From Armatimonadia bacterium (lineage in GTDB: Bacteria > Armatimonadota > Zipacnadia > Zipacnadales > UBA11051), in the NCBI GenBank assembly GCA_039683575.1, contig JBDKRC010000006.1, positions 1-26,496 on the forward strand: a stretch of DNA of 26,496 nt, given 5' to 3'. Below the pieces are notes generated by a model. That model was given only the letters and a program-made list of their open reading frames with translations, searched no databases and had not been told where the DNA came from. This document shows, in pieces, positions 7,029 through 16,456 of the stretch (position 1 is its first letter; each line of letters starts with the position of its first letter). The position numbers and the translations under genes are program-made.

Positions 7029-7817
7029 ATGGCCATTCATCCGACTGCTATTGTCGAACCGGGGGCTCAGCTAGGGGTAGACGTCGAAATCCTGCCCTAC
7101 ACCATCATCGAGCACGGCGCGGTCATTGGCGACCGCTGCGTCATCGGGCCCAACGCCGTGGTCCGGCGCTGGACCACCATGGGTGCCGACTGCCTCATCT
7201 CCACCGGCGCAGTCCTCGGCGAGCCCCCCCAGGATCGCAAGTACAGCGGCGAGATGACCTTCCTCAAGCTGGGCGACGGCAACCAGATCCGCGAATACGT
7301 GACGCTCCACCGGGCCAGCGGCGAGGGCAACAGCACCTTGCTTGGCGACAACAACATGATCATGGCCTACAGCCACGCCGGTCATAATGTGCATATTGGC
7401 AGCAACTGCTCGATCGCCAATGGTGTGCAGCTTGCCGGCTACGCTGTGATTGAAGACTACGTCAACCTCGGCGGCATGTCCGGCTTCCACCAGTTCGTCG
7501 TCGTGGGTACGATGGCCATGGTCGGCGCCATGTCCCGCATCAACCGCGATGTCCCGCCCTACTCGATTGTAGAGGGCATTCCTGCTGAGGTTCGCGGCCT
7601 CAATGTCATTGGTATTGAGCGCCGCGGCGTCAGCGCCGAGAGCCGCGCCGCCCTGCGCAAGGCCTTCCGCCTGCTCTTCCGCTCCGAGCACAATATTTCC
7701 GACGCCCTCCGTCAGGTTGCCGAGGAAGTGGAAGACGGCGCGGAACTCAAGTATCTGTGCGACTTCGTCCAGCGCACGCATGCCGGTTCCATGGGGCGCC
7801 AGCTCAGCCATCGCTGA
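7029..7817 (+). CDS. lpxA: UDP-N-acetylglucosamine acyltransferase
   Basis: IHPTAIV hexapeptide repeats, PQDRKY, IREYVTLHR, FHQF, GLNVIG; follows fabZ. Confidence 0.95.
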   Translation: MAIHPTAIVEPGAQLGVDVEILPYTIIEHGAVIGDRCVIGPNAVVRRWTTMGADCLISTGAVLGEPPQDRKYSGEMTFLKLGDGNQIREYVTLHRASGEGNSTLLGDNNMIMAYSHAGHNVHIGSNCSIANGVQLAGYAVIEDYVNLGGMSGFHQFVVVGTMAMVGAMSRINRDVPPYSIVEGIPAEVRGLNVIGIERRGVSAESRAALRKAFRLLFRSEHNISDALRQVAEEVEDGAELKYLCDFVQRTHAGSMGRQLSHR

Positions 7818-7843
7818 GTGCGGCAGGGGATCAGCCTTTGACA

Positions 7844-7891
7844 GTAAGGCAGGCGGCTCGCCTGCCCGCGTGGGCGAGCGACCCGCGCTAC
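7844..7891. repeat. Degenerate inverted REP pair between lpxA and lpxB
   Basis: GTAAGGCAGGCGGCTCGCCTGCC, then GGGCGAGCGACCCGCGCTAC (GTAGCGCGGGTCGCTCGCCC on the minus strand). Confidence 0.6.
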
Positions 7892-7910
7892 CGATACCAG
7901 TCGTCAACCC

Positions 7911-9056
7911 ATGAAATCACCTGAAATCTTCTTCGTTGTCGGCGAGCCCTCCGGCGATCTGCATTCCGCGCTGCTCGCCGGGGAACTGCTGAAACGCGGC
8001 AGCTTCCGCCTCACCGGGGCCGGCGGCGACAAGATGCGCCAGGCTGGCGTGGTCACGGATTTCGACAGTGGCGGCTGGGGCGCTATTGGCGTCCCCGAGG
8101 CGCTGCGCAAGATCCCGGGCCTGTATCTCGCCAAGCTGCGCCTCCTCCGCTTGCTGCGTGAGCGCCGGCCTGCCCTGCTCGTCCTGGTGGACTGCGGCGC
8201 CTTCAACGTCCGTCTCGCCCGCGCCGTTCGCCAGTTCCCGTGGCACCAGCCGATCATGTACTACTTTCCGCCCTCGTCGTGGGACCAAAGCGAGCGCGAC
8301 CGTTCGCCCCTCGCGGCGATCACGGATGTTGTGGCCACGCCTTTTCCGTGGTCGGAGACGCTGCTGCGCAAAGACGGTATCAACGCCCACTTCATCGGCC
8401 ATCCGGTAGTGGACCGCATCCAGCCTGTGCAGGACAAGCCCCAATTCCGGCGGGAGTTGGGCCTTCCCGAGGCCGAACACTACGTCGGCCTGCTGCCCGG
8501 CAGTCGCAAGGTTGAGCGCACGCTACTCGGCCCGCAGATGCTCGAAGCCGCCCGTCGCCTCATTGCGACCGGCCAGTACCACTTCCTGTGGTCCTCGCCG
8601 CCCGCGAAACAGGCCGGTGCCGACCACCTGCCTGCCGACTTGCAGGACCACATCACTGTCATCGGCGAAAGTGCGAGTATCTTCCGCGCGTCCGATCTGG
8701 TCCTGACCTCCTTCGGGACCGCAACCCTCGAAGCAGCGGCGGCTCTGACCCCGATGCTGACCATGTACCGCGGTACGCTTGCGATGAGACTGCAGTACCG
8801 CCTGATGAGCTTTTCCACCAAGTACTACGCCATGCCCAACATCATCGCCCAGCGCGAGCTCGTGCCGGAGCTGATTCAGGACGAAGCCTCCGGCCCCGCG
8901 CTGGCCAGCCGCATAGCCGAACTCTTCGCCGAGCCTGAGCGCCTGGCGGAGATCACCGAGGGCCTGCGCGACGTTCGGGCGCAACTCGGCCCCCCCGGTG
9001 CTGCAGGCCGGGCCGCCGACCTGGTGGTGGCTGCCGTATCTGAAAGGACTTATTGA
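7911..9056 (+). CDS. lpxB: Lipid-A-disaccharide synthase
   Basis: GEPSGDLH, FIGHP, LLPGSR, GTATLE, PNII, PELIQ. Confidence 0.93.
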   Translation: MKSPEIFFVVGEPSGDLHSALLAGELLKRGSFRLTGAGGDKMRQAGVVTDFDSGGWGAIGVPEALRKIPGLYLAKLRLLRLLRERRPALLVLVDCGAFNVRLARAVRQFPWHQPIMYYFPPSSWDQSERDRSPLAAITDVVATPFPWSETLLRKDGINAHFIGHPVVDRIQPVQDKPQFRRELGLPEAEHYVGLLPGSRKVERTLLGPQMLEAARRLIATGQYHFLWSSPPAKQAGADHLPADLQDHITVIGESASIFRASDLVLTSFGTATLEAAAALTPMLTMYRGTLAMRLQYRLMSFSTKYYAMPNIIAQRELVPELIQDEASGPALASRIAELFAEPERLAEITEGLRDVRAQLGPPGAAGRAADLVVAAVSERTY

Positions 9057-10873
9057 TGCGCTCGCTCTTCAAGCTGCGCTATTACGCCCGGGAACTGACC
9101 CCGCTGATTCTCGTTGCCCTGCTGGTCATGGGCATCACCGCCGCGCTCAACGTCGGCTCCTTCACGAACACGCAGGGCGTTTTCGAGAAGGCCTTCGAAC
9201 GCCTTGCCAGCAATGACCATGCCCAGCAGACGGCCGCGATGCAGGAGCTCCTCCGTCGTGCGCTGATCCTCCTCGTCACGATCTGCGGCGCCGCCATCAG
9301 CAACTGTATCGCTCTGTACATGGGCGACTACATCGGCCAGCGCACCCTCGTCAAGCTCCGCGAAGCCATCTTCTCCCACCTGCAGACCCTCTCGATGGCC
9401 TTCTTCGAGCGCAAGCGGGCCGGAGAGCTGATCTCGCGCGTGAATAATGACACCGTCGTGCTGCAGCGCGCCCTCGGCACTGACCTGTTCAAGGTCGTCG
9501 TCGCCCCGCTGACCGTCATGGCGCTGATCGTGCAGATGGTCCGCATGTCCTGGACCCTGGCTCTGGCTCTCGGTGTCGTGATCCCGCTGGTCCTTGGCAT
9601 CACCTCCCTGATGGGGCGCTACACCCGCCGTTACGCCCTGCGCACCCAGGAGAAGATTGCCGATCTCACCTCGACCACCCAGGAAAGCTTCGCGACCATG
9701 CGGGTCATCAAGACCTTCGGTCTTGAGCCGCAGATCCAGAAGCGCTATGGTTCCGAGATCAGGGGAGTATTCGGGGCCGAGATGAAGACCGCCCGCGCCA
9801 AAGCCCTGGCCTACGCGCCCGTCTTCGGCCTCATCGGCGTTGCCACCTGTGCAACCCTCGTCCTCGGCGGCTACGAGATCATGCACGGCCGCTTTACCCC
9901 CGCCGCCCTGATGACATTCCTGCTCATGCTCGAGGGCGCTGCCGCCCAGCTGAACAGCATCTCGCGCCTCTACCTGCAGTTACAGAACGCCGAGGCAGCC
10001 GCAGAGCGAACCCTGCAGGTCATGGCCGAGGAGTCGGACGTCAAGGATGCGCCTGACGCCATCGAATTGGACCACGTGGACGGCGGAATCACCTTCGACC
10101 ACGTCTCCTTCGCCTACGACGGCAAGCACCCCGTCCTGCATGACTTCTCACTGGACATCAAGCCCGGCGAAGTCGTTGCCCTCGCCGGTCCCAGTGGCGG
10201 CGGCAAGAGCACTGTCGCCAACCTCGTCCCGCGCCTGTATGACGTGCAGGAGGGGCGGGTGCTGATCGACGGCCGGGACGTGCGTGAGGTCAAACAGCGC
10301 TCCCTGAGCCGCTTCATGGGCATGGTCCCCCAGGAGACCATCCTGTTTGGCACCACCATTCGCGACAACATCGGCTTTGGCCGTGAAGGAGCCACTGACG
10401 ACGAGATCATCGCGGCGGCCAAGGCGGCCAACGCGCATGACTTCATCATGGACCTGCCAGAAGGCTACGACACGCAGGCCGGCGAGCGCGGCGGGCGCCT
10501 CTCCGGTGGCCAGAAGCAACGCGTCGCCATCGCCCGCGCCTTCCTGCGCAACCCGCGGGTTCTCATCCTCGATGAAGCCACCTCGGCGCTTGACAATGAG
10601 AGCGAAAAAGCCATCCACTCGGCCCTCAAAACCCTCCTTCAGGGCCGCACGGCCCTCATCATCGCTCACCGCTTGTCCACCATTCAGGACGCCGACCGTA
10701 TCGTGGTGATGGCTGACGGCCGCATCGTCGAGCAGGGCCCGCATGAGGAACTCCTCAAGCACGACGGTCTCTACCGGCGCCTGTACGAATCCGCTGAACT
10801 CGTGGAACAGCACCAGCCTGAAACTCCCGGTCTTGAGGCTGCAACCGAGACCTTCGGGGATACCGATGACTAA
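9056..10873 (+). CDS. msbA: MsbA-like ABC exporter (fused TMD-NBD), probable lipid A flippase
   Basis: N-terminal TMD, GPSGGGKST, LSGGQKQR, ILDEATS, IAHRLST. Located between lpxB and waaA; TGATG overlap. Confidence 0.8.
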   Translation: MRSLFKLRYYARELTPLILVALLVMGITAALNVGSFTNTQGVFEKAFERLASNDHAQQTAAMQELLRRALILLVTICGAAISNCIALYMGDYIGQRTLVKLREAIFSHLQTLSMAFFERKRAGELISRVNNDTVVLQRALGTDLFKVVVAPLTVMALIVQMVRMSWTLALALGVVIPLVLGITSLMGRYTRRYALRTQEKIADLTSTTQESFATMRVIKTFGLEPQIQKRYGSEIRGVFGAEMKTARAKALAYAPVFGLIGVATCATLVLGGYEIMHGRFTPAALMTFLLMLEGAAAQLNSISRLYLQLQNAEAAAERTLQVMAEESDVKDAPDAIELDHVDGGITFDHVSFAYDGKHPVLHDFSLDIKPGEVVALAGPSGGGKSTVANLVPRLYDVQEGRVLIDGRDVREVKQRSLSRFMGMVPQETILFGTTIRDNIGFGREGATDDEIIAAAKAANAHDFIMDLPEGYDTQAGERGGRLSGGQKQRVAIARAFLRNPRVLILDEATSALDNESEKAIHSALKTLLQGRTALIIAHRLSTIQDADRIVVMADGRIVEQGPHEELLKHDGLYRRLYESAELVEQHQPETPGLEAATETFGDTDD

Positions 10874-12308
10874 CTCTGCAAGCAATCAGGACGGCGGGCG
10901 CGGCTGGTCCGCCGGCTACATAATCTACAACGTCTTCCTGGCGCTGCTCTTCCCGCTGCTGCTGCTGTACCTCGGCTGGCGCCTGCTGCGTGGCAAGTCC
11001 CGCCAGGGCCTCAGAGAGCGCCTCGGCTGGCTGCCGGAGAGCTTCGACCGTTTCAGCACCTACGAGGACCCGGTGATCTGGATTCACGCCGCCTCGGTCG
11101 GCGAGGTCAACGCCGTCGCCCCGGTGCTCCGCGAGCTTCGGCTGCGCCTGCCTCTGGCGCGCTTCATACTCTCGGTCATCACCCCCACCGGCCGCGCCGT
11201 CGCCGAGAAGCGTGACCTCGGCGTCGATGCCATCATGTACTTCCCGTTCGACTTGCCGATGATCGTCGGCAATGTCATGCGGCGTCTCAATCCCGCCATG
11301 TTCGTGATGGTGGAGACCGAGCTATGGCCCAATGTCCTCGCGATGGCCAAGCAGCGGGGCGCCAAGACCGTAGTCGTCAACGGCCGCATCTCCGATCGCG
11401 CCTACCCCAAGACCAAGGCTCTCTGGCCCATCTACCGCTGGATGATGAGCAACGTTGACCTCGTACTGGCCCAGTCAGACCTTGATGCCGACCGCTTCCG
11501 CTTCCTCGGTGCCGCGGCGGACAAGGTCATAGTCTCCGGCAACTCCAAGTTCGACGAGATTCCTCGTGCCCTTCTCCCCGCGGAGGCCGCCAAATGGCGC
11601 CAGGAGTTCGGCTTTGCCGAAGATGACGAAGTCCTCCTCGCCGGCAGCACCCACGAAGGGGAAGAGGACCTCATCCTCTCCGTCTTTGACCATCTCAGAT
11701 TCTCCCATGAAAACCTGCAACTGATCATCGCCCCGCGCCATCCCGAGCGCGGGGAGCGCGTGCACGGTCTCGTACAGCAGCACGGCTACGACGTCTACCG
11801 CCGCAGCCACGTCCTCGCCGCGCGAGCCGCTGGCGAGGAAGTAGCGCCGCCCACCGCCGGCCCTGCCAGGCGCGTCGCCATCATTGACACCGTCGGCGAG
11901 CTCGCCTCACTATATGGTTGCGCCGATCTCGTGATCGTGGGCGGCAGCCTGGTTCGTGGCCTCGCGGGGCACAACGTCCTGGAGCCCATCGCGCAGGGCA
12001 AAATGACCCTTTTCGGCCCGTACATGGCCGACCATCGCGATATCAGCGCCATCGCCGTCCGCGAGGGCTGCGGTGTGCAGGTCCACAATATCCATGAACT
12101 GCGCGACGAGTGCGCCCGCCTGCTCAGCCTCCCCGAGGCTCGCGCCAGCGCTGCCGAGCGCGGACAGGCCATGCTCGAAAAGTACGCCGGAGCCTCCGCC
12201 CGCTACGCCGAGGCCGTGGAGCAACTGCTGCACAGCGATGGCGAGCCCGAAGCGCCCAGGCAGGCGGAAACAGCCGCCGAAGAGACTCCCTCCAGCGATG
12301 AGGCCTGA
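10866..12308 (+). CDS. waaA: 3-deoxy-D-manno-octulosonic acid (Kdo) transferase
   Basis: WIHAASVGE, ETELWPN, NGRISDR, GNSKFD, AGSTHEGEE, APRHPER, DTVGEL, GHNVLEP. Start placed at ATG 10866. Confidence 0.93.
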   Translation: MTNSASNQDGGRGWSAGYIIYNVFLALLFPLLLLYLGWRLLRGKSRQGLRERLGWLPESFDRFSTYEDPVIWIHAASVGEVNAVAPVLRELRLRLPLARFILSVITPTGRAVAEKRDLGVDAIMYFPFDLPMIVGNVMRRLNPAMFVMVETELWPNVLAMAKQRGAKTVVVNGRISDRAYPKTKALWPIYRWMMSNVDLVLAQSDLDADRFRFLGAAADKVIVSGNSKFDEIPRALLPAEAAKWRQEFGFAEDDEVLLAGSTHEGEEDLILSVFDHLRFSHENLQLIIAPRHPERGERVHGLVQQHGYDVYRRSHVLAARAAGEEVAPPTAGPARRVAIIDTVGELASLYGCADLVIVGGSLVRGLAGHNVLEPIAQGKMTLFGPYMADHRDISAIAVREGCGVQVHNIHELRDECARLLSLPEARASAAERGQAMLEKYAGASARYAEAVEQLLHSDGEPEAPRQAETAAEETPSSDEA

Positions 12309-12309
12309 C

Positions 12310-13428
12310 ATGCCCGCAGGTGACACCTTCGAGCACCGGTGGCACAGGTTGATCAGCGGCGACAGCCGCGGGCCCCTGCCGTCACTCGCTCGAGTTGGCC
12401 TCACCGCTCTCTCTGGGCTATACTGGCTCGGTCTCAAGGGCAACCACGCGCTCTGCAACCTGCGCCTGCGCCGCCAGACGCGCCCCGCCCTGCCGGTTAT
12501 CAGTCTCGGCAACCTGAGCGTCGGTGGCACCGGCAAAAGCGTCGCCGTACGGTACGTCGCCCGCGAGTTGATCTCCCGCGGCCTCCGCCCCGGCATCGTC
12601 CTGCGCGGCCATCGCCGTGAGGACGCCAGTCAGGTTATCCTGGCCTCGGACGGGCAAGGCACCATCGCCTCCCTCGCCCTGACTGGCGACGAGGCCGCCG
12701 AGCACCTCCGCGCTCTGCCTGAGGTGCCGGTCGCCGTCGGCAAACGCCGCGAGCAGGCCATCGAGCTTCTCGCCGCCGCCGGGGTACAGGTAGCGATCCT
12801 TGACGATGGTTTCCAGTACTTCCGCATGGCGCGCGACTGGGATATAGTGTTGATCAGCGCCCGGCTGGACCTGCGCACCGCCCGCTTGCTGCCTCGCGGC
12901 GTCCTGCGGGAGCCGTGGAGCCACCTCCGCCGCGCTGACCAGGTCTGGATCACTCACGCCGACGAGGTCACCGCTGACCAACTCGCAGCCGTGCAGGCCG
13001 CCGTGGCCCGGGTTGTGCCGCACCAGACGCCAGTTCTGGCCCGCCACGCCAGCGCCGGTATCGCCACCCTACAGGGCGCAGACGTGCCGCTGGAGAACCT
13101 GCGGAACCTGCCGGTAATCGCCATGTCCGGCCTCGGCTCGCCCGGCAGTTTCGAGAGCAGTCTCGCCGCTCTCGGCGCCCGGGTGACGCCGCTGCGGTAT
13201 GCTGACCATCATCACTACCAGCCAGCCGATTGGCTGCAAGTATGCGACACCGCGGAACGCGCGGGCGCCACAGTTGTTGTGACCACTGAGAAAGACGCTG
13301 TCAAACTGCCCGAGGGCGCCCCGCTCCCAGTCTGGGTGCTGCGCACTCAATTGCAGATCATGACCGGCAAAGAGCAGGTGCTCGCCGGTCTAGAGCAGTT
13401 TCCCGGAGAGACTGAGCCAGAAGCATGA
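12310..13428 (+). CDS. lpxK: Tetraacyldisaccharide 4'-kinase
   Basis: GNLSVGGTGKS, GDE, LDDGFQ, LLPRGVLREP, DHH, TTEKD. Start at 12310 (alternative 12298). Confidence 0.93.
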   Translation: MPAGDTFEHRWHRLISGDSRGPLPSLARVGLTALSGLYWLGLKGNHALCNLRLRRQTRPALPVISLGNLSVGGTGKSVAVRYVARELISRGLRPGIVLRGHRREDASQVILASDGQGTIASLALTGDEAAEHLRALPEVPVAVGKRREQAIELLAAAGVQVAILDDGFQYFRMARDWDIVLISARLDLRTARLLPRGVLREPWSHLRRADQVWITHADEVTADQLAAVQAAVARVVPHQTPVLARHASAGIATLQGADVPLENLRNLPVIAMSGLGSPGSFESSLAALGARVTPLRYADHHHYQPADWLQVCDTAERAGATVVVTTEKDAVKLPEGAPLPVWVLRTQLQIMTGKEQVLAGLEQFPGETEPEA

Positions 13429-14336
13429 AGAATCCGCTGCAACGCCGTGTAGAACAAGCCATCGTCAGCCGCATCGCGCTATTCACCAGCTGGTGGGCGC
13501 GCAAGCTGCCGTTGCGCACCGTCTGGGCCATCGCTGACGCCTGTGGAGCGGTAATCATCCGCCTCTTTCCAAGCCGCCAGCGCCTCGCCGAGAGAAACCT
13601 CGCCGCCACCTTCCCCGAGCTCTCCGACGCCGAGCGGCGTCGCATCTTCCACGACAGCGTGCGCAACATCTGCCGGACCATGGCCGAGGTGTTCCGCCTC
13701 CCGGCCCTGACCCCTGAGGACCTCCGGCAACTCATCAAGGCGCCCGACCTCACTCCCATCCGCCAGGCCTTGGAAGCTGGCGAGGGCGTCCTGATCGTCA
13801 GCGCTCACTATGGCAACTGGGAATGGCTCGGAGCCCGCCTCTCAGCCGACCTCCCGGTCCCCTTCACCGTGATTGCCCGCGACGCCGCCCACAACCTGAC
13901 CTCCTCGCTCATCAACGCCTCGCGCGAAAGCCATGGCATGCAGGTCATCGGCCGCCAGGAGACCCGCCGCATGCTCAAGGCGCTCCACGGTGGCGAGATG
14001 CTGGGCATAGTCCCCGACCAGCACGCCCTGCAGGGTGGCCAGCTGCTCGAGTTCCTCGGCCGTCCCGCCTGGACGTTCGTCGGCCCGGCCACCCTCGCCA
14101 TGCGCACCGGCGCCAGGGTCTTCCCCTGCTTCTGCGTTCGCACGTTTGGCGAGTGCTTTGTGCTGGAGGTCCAGCCCGAAGTCGAGATGATTGGCACCGG
14201 CGACCGCGCCGCTGACCTGACTGAGAATACTCGCCGCATCACCGCAGCCATCGAGCGCGCCATTCGCGCCCATCCCGAGCAGTGGCTCTGGCTGCACGAC
14301 CGCTGGCGGCCCGAAAAGACCCAGGACGCGGAGTAG
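13425..14336 (+). CDS. lpxL: Lipid A late acyltransferase (LpxL/HtrB family)
   Basis: SAHYGNWE, PDQ, PEQWLWLHDRW; operon context. Confidence 0.85.
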   Translation: MKNPLQRRVEQAIVSRIALFTSWWARKLPLRTVWAIADACGAVIIRLFPSRQRLAERNLAATFPELSDAERRRIFHDSVRNICRTMAEVFRLPALTPEDLRQLIKAPDLTPIRQALEAGEGVLIVSAHYGNWEWLGARLSADLPVPFTVIARDAAHNLTSSLINASRESHGMQVIGRQETRRMLKALHGGEMLGIVPDQHALQGGQLLEFLGRPAWTFVGPATLAMRTGARVFPCFCVRTFGECFVLEVQPEVEMIGTGDRAADLTENTRRITAAIERAIRAHPEQWLWLHDRWRPEKTQDAE

Positions 14337-14339
14337 CTA

Positions 14340-15836
14340 ATGCCCGTAAGACTGGCGCTGAGGATACTTGCCCTCTCAAAACCGGGGCTATCTTGTGGGA
14401 GCGGTCTCCAGACCGCGACCATCGGGCCGCGACTGCTCACAGTCGCACGCAGAGCCCTCCCACAGGTTCTGACGCAGCTTCTGTTGATCGTGCTGCTCGG
14501 AAGCCTCGCTGTGGCCGGCGAACTCGGCCCCTACGAGCCCGGTCGTGGCTGCTACATCGGCGCCTACATCGAGCTCGACAACAACACTGCGGGGGAAATC
14601 GGCGCTTTCGAGCAGCTCACCACCAAAAAGCACGCCACCTACTTCAAGTACGTCGGCTACGGCCAGCCCTTCCCCTACAAGTGGGTCAAGGAGCTTCACG
14701 CCCAGGGAGCCCTGCCGCACATCGCCTGGGAACCCAACGAGGGCCTCGGCCCGGTCCGCGACGATGACTACCTCCACGGCTGGGCCCAGGCCGCTGCCCG
14801 CACCGGCAAGCCCATCTTCCTCCGCTACGCCTCCGAGATGAACGGCAACTGGATGGCCTACTCCGGCGATCCCGACCTCTACATCGCCAAGTGGCGCCTC
14901 GTGTACAACATCATGCACGAGGAAGCCCCCAACGTCATCATGATCTGGTGCCCGTACGCCACGCCCAAGGCCACGATCCCGATGTACTATCCCGGCGACG
15001 AATATGTGGACTGGGTTGGCGTCAACCTCTACAGCGTCTACCGCGCCGATGGCGACCCCTCCAAGCCCCCGAGCGACGACCCGCGCGCCCTCCTCAAGCA
15101 CGTCTACGATCTCTATTCCGACCGCAAGCCCATCGCCGTCTGCGAGTATGCGGCCACCCACTACTGCGTCGCCACCAAAGAGCAGGTGGTGGACTTCTGT
15201 CTCGACAACATGACCAAGCTCTACACGGCCCTGCCCGCCCAGTTCCCCCGAGTGCGCATGATCAACTGGTTCTCGGTCGATACCACCCGCAATAACCTCG
15301 CCAACAACAACTACAGCGTCACCGACAACGCCCAGGTGCTCCAGGCCTACCAAAAGCTCATCAGCGGCGACTACTTCCTCTCCCAGGTGCCGGAGGAGAC
15401 CCTGATCGCCGCCCGCCCGCAGCAGCCAACTGAGCCCCTGACGCCCGTTGGCCCGACCGAACCCGTGCGCCCTCGGCAGACTGACGTGGCAGCAGGCCCG
15501 CCGCCGCCAACCAGCCTCCCCCTCGCCAGCACCAAACTCGGCGCCGCGCCCGCCAGCGGTATCACCCTCGTCGTTCAGGGCTCCTCTCCCGGTGCCCTGT
15601 CCGGTCAGGTGCTGGTAACTGCTGACGTCGGCAAGCAAGTCGAAGGCGCCGAATCGGTCGAATTCCACCTCGACGGCCGCTTTGTCGCCATCACCAACGT
15701 CGCGCCGTTCCGCTTTACGCTCAACGCCGATCGCCTTTCTCCGGGCGAGCACGTCCTCAAAGTGATTGTCACAACCTCCGGGGAGCGCCCCATAGCCACC
15801 GCCGAAGCCGCGGTAGTGGTCCCCCAGCCGGGGTAG
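14340..15836 (+). CDS. Secreted glycoside hydrolase family 26 protein with Pro-rich linker and C-terminal Ig-like domain
   Basis: Hydrophobic signal segment, IAWEP, FLRYASEMNGNW, YYPGDEYVDWVG, AVCEY; C-terminal VEFHLDG...APF...GEHVLKV. Confidence 0.8.
   Translation: MPVRLALRILALSKPGLSCGSGLQTATIGPRLLTVARRALPQVLTQLLLIVLLGSLAVAGELGPYEPGRGCYIGAYIELDNNTAGEIGAFEQLTTKKHATYFKYVGYGQPFPYKWVKELHAQGALPHIAWEPNEGLGPVRDDDYLHGWAQAAARTGKPIFLRYASEMNGNWMAYSGDPDLYIAKWRLVYNIMHEEAPNVIMIWCPYATPKATIPMYYPGDEYVDWVGVNLYSVYRADGDPSKPPSDDPRALLKHVYDLYSDRKPIAVCEYAATHYCVATKEQVVDFCLDNMTKLYTALPAQFPRVRMINWFSVDTTRNNLANNNYSVTDNAQVLQAYQKLISGDYFLSQVPEETLIAARPQQPTEPLTPVGPTEPVRPRQTDVAAGPPPPTSLPLASTKLGAAPASGITLVVQGSSPGALSGQVLVTADVGKQVEGAESVEFHLDGRFVAITNVAPFRFTLNADRLSPGEHVLKVIVTTSGERPIATAEAAVVVPQPG
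14394..14418 (+). repeat. REP-like palindrome inside the GH26 N-terminal coding region
   Basis: TGTGGGAGCGGTCTCCAGACCGCGA; stem GCGGTC/GACCGC. Resembles the REPs at 24106 and 24258. Confidence 0.65.
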
Positions 15837-15855
15837 CCAGGGCTGCCAACAGCCC
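15833..15855 (+). repeat. GTAG-headed palindrome whose TAG is the GH26 stop codon
   Basis: GTAGCCAGGGCTG-CCAA-CAGCCC. Confidence 0.55.
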
Positions 15856-15905
15856 GTTCCCGCGTGAGGCCGACACTCCGTGGCGGCCAGCCGCCACCAA
15901 TCCTC

Positions 15906-16250
15906 CGCGTAGCGCGGACGTCTCGCCCGCCGATGGCTGTAGGGCGTAGCGACGCCTCGCAGGGGGCTCGTACCCCGCCGGCTGTAATCTACGCCCCTCA
16001 CGCACTCAGCCAACTCGCGTAGTGCGGGCGTCTCGCCCGCCAATGGCCGCAGGGCGTAGCAACGCCCGGGGCGCAGGGGGCTCGTACTCCGCCCGCTGTA
16101 GTCCACGACCCTCACGCACTCAGCCAACTCGCGTAGTGCGGGCGTCTCGCCCGCCAATGGCTGTAGGGCAGGGGGCTCGTTCCCCGCCGGCTGTAATCTA
16201 CGATCCTCACCCACTCAGCCAACTCGCGTAGTGCGGGCGTCTCGCCCGCC
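15906..16250 (+). repeat. BIME-like tandem array: three full units (110, 114, 95 bp) plus a partial fourth; each full unit is REP-A + REP-B + conserved linker
   Basis: Units start with CGCGTAG at 15906, 16016, 16130 and 16225. The linker CTCAC(G/C)CACTCAGCCAACT is conserved. Confidence 0.92.
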
Positions 16251-16279
16251 TCCGAAGTCTTCGCCCCCACATTTCTCCC

Positions 16280-16308
16280 GTGACACCGCGCCCAACTTCG
16301 TATATAAT
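16280..16308 (+). promoter_or_regulatory. Sigma70-type promoter for the malK-like gene
   Basis: GTGACA (16280-16285), 17-bp spacer, TATAAT (16303-16308). Confidence 0.75.
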
Positions 16309-16316
16309 GTTCTACC

Positions 16317-16342
16317 GTAGCGGCCCGTGTGCATACGGGCCG
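16317..16342 (+). repeat. GTAG-headed hairpin at the predicted transcript 5' end
   Basis: GTAG-CGGCCCGT-GTGCAT-ACGGGCCG. Confidence 0.5.
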
Positions 16343-16456
16343 TCTTTGGTGGCTTGTGGATGAGCGCGGTAGGCCGATGGGTTACCCCCGTCAGTGGCAT
16401 GTCGTACCCCCGTCTGCCGCGAAGCCTGTTTCATTCTCCCGGAGCGTGTTGCATAG

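Noticed and set aside
11841-11870. GTAGCGCCG... in a waaA loop as another coding REP
   Set aside because: Only a 4-bp stem and no match to REP classes in this window; can arise by chance in GC-rich Val-Ala-Pro codons.
15906-16250. Possible CRISPR array
   Set aside because: The sequences between palindromes are near-identical rather than unique spacers, units are ~100 bp, the same palindromes are scattered across the window, and no cas genes are present.
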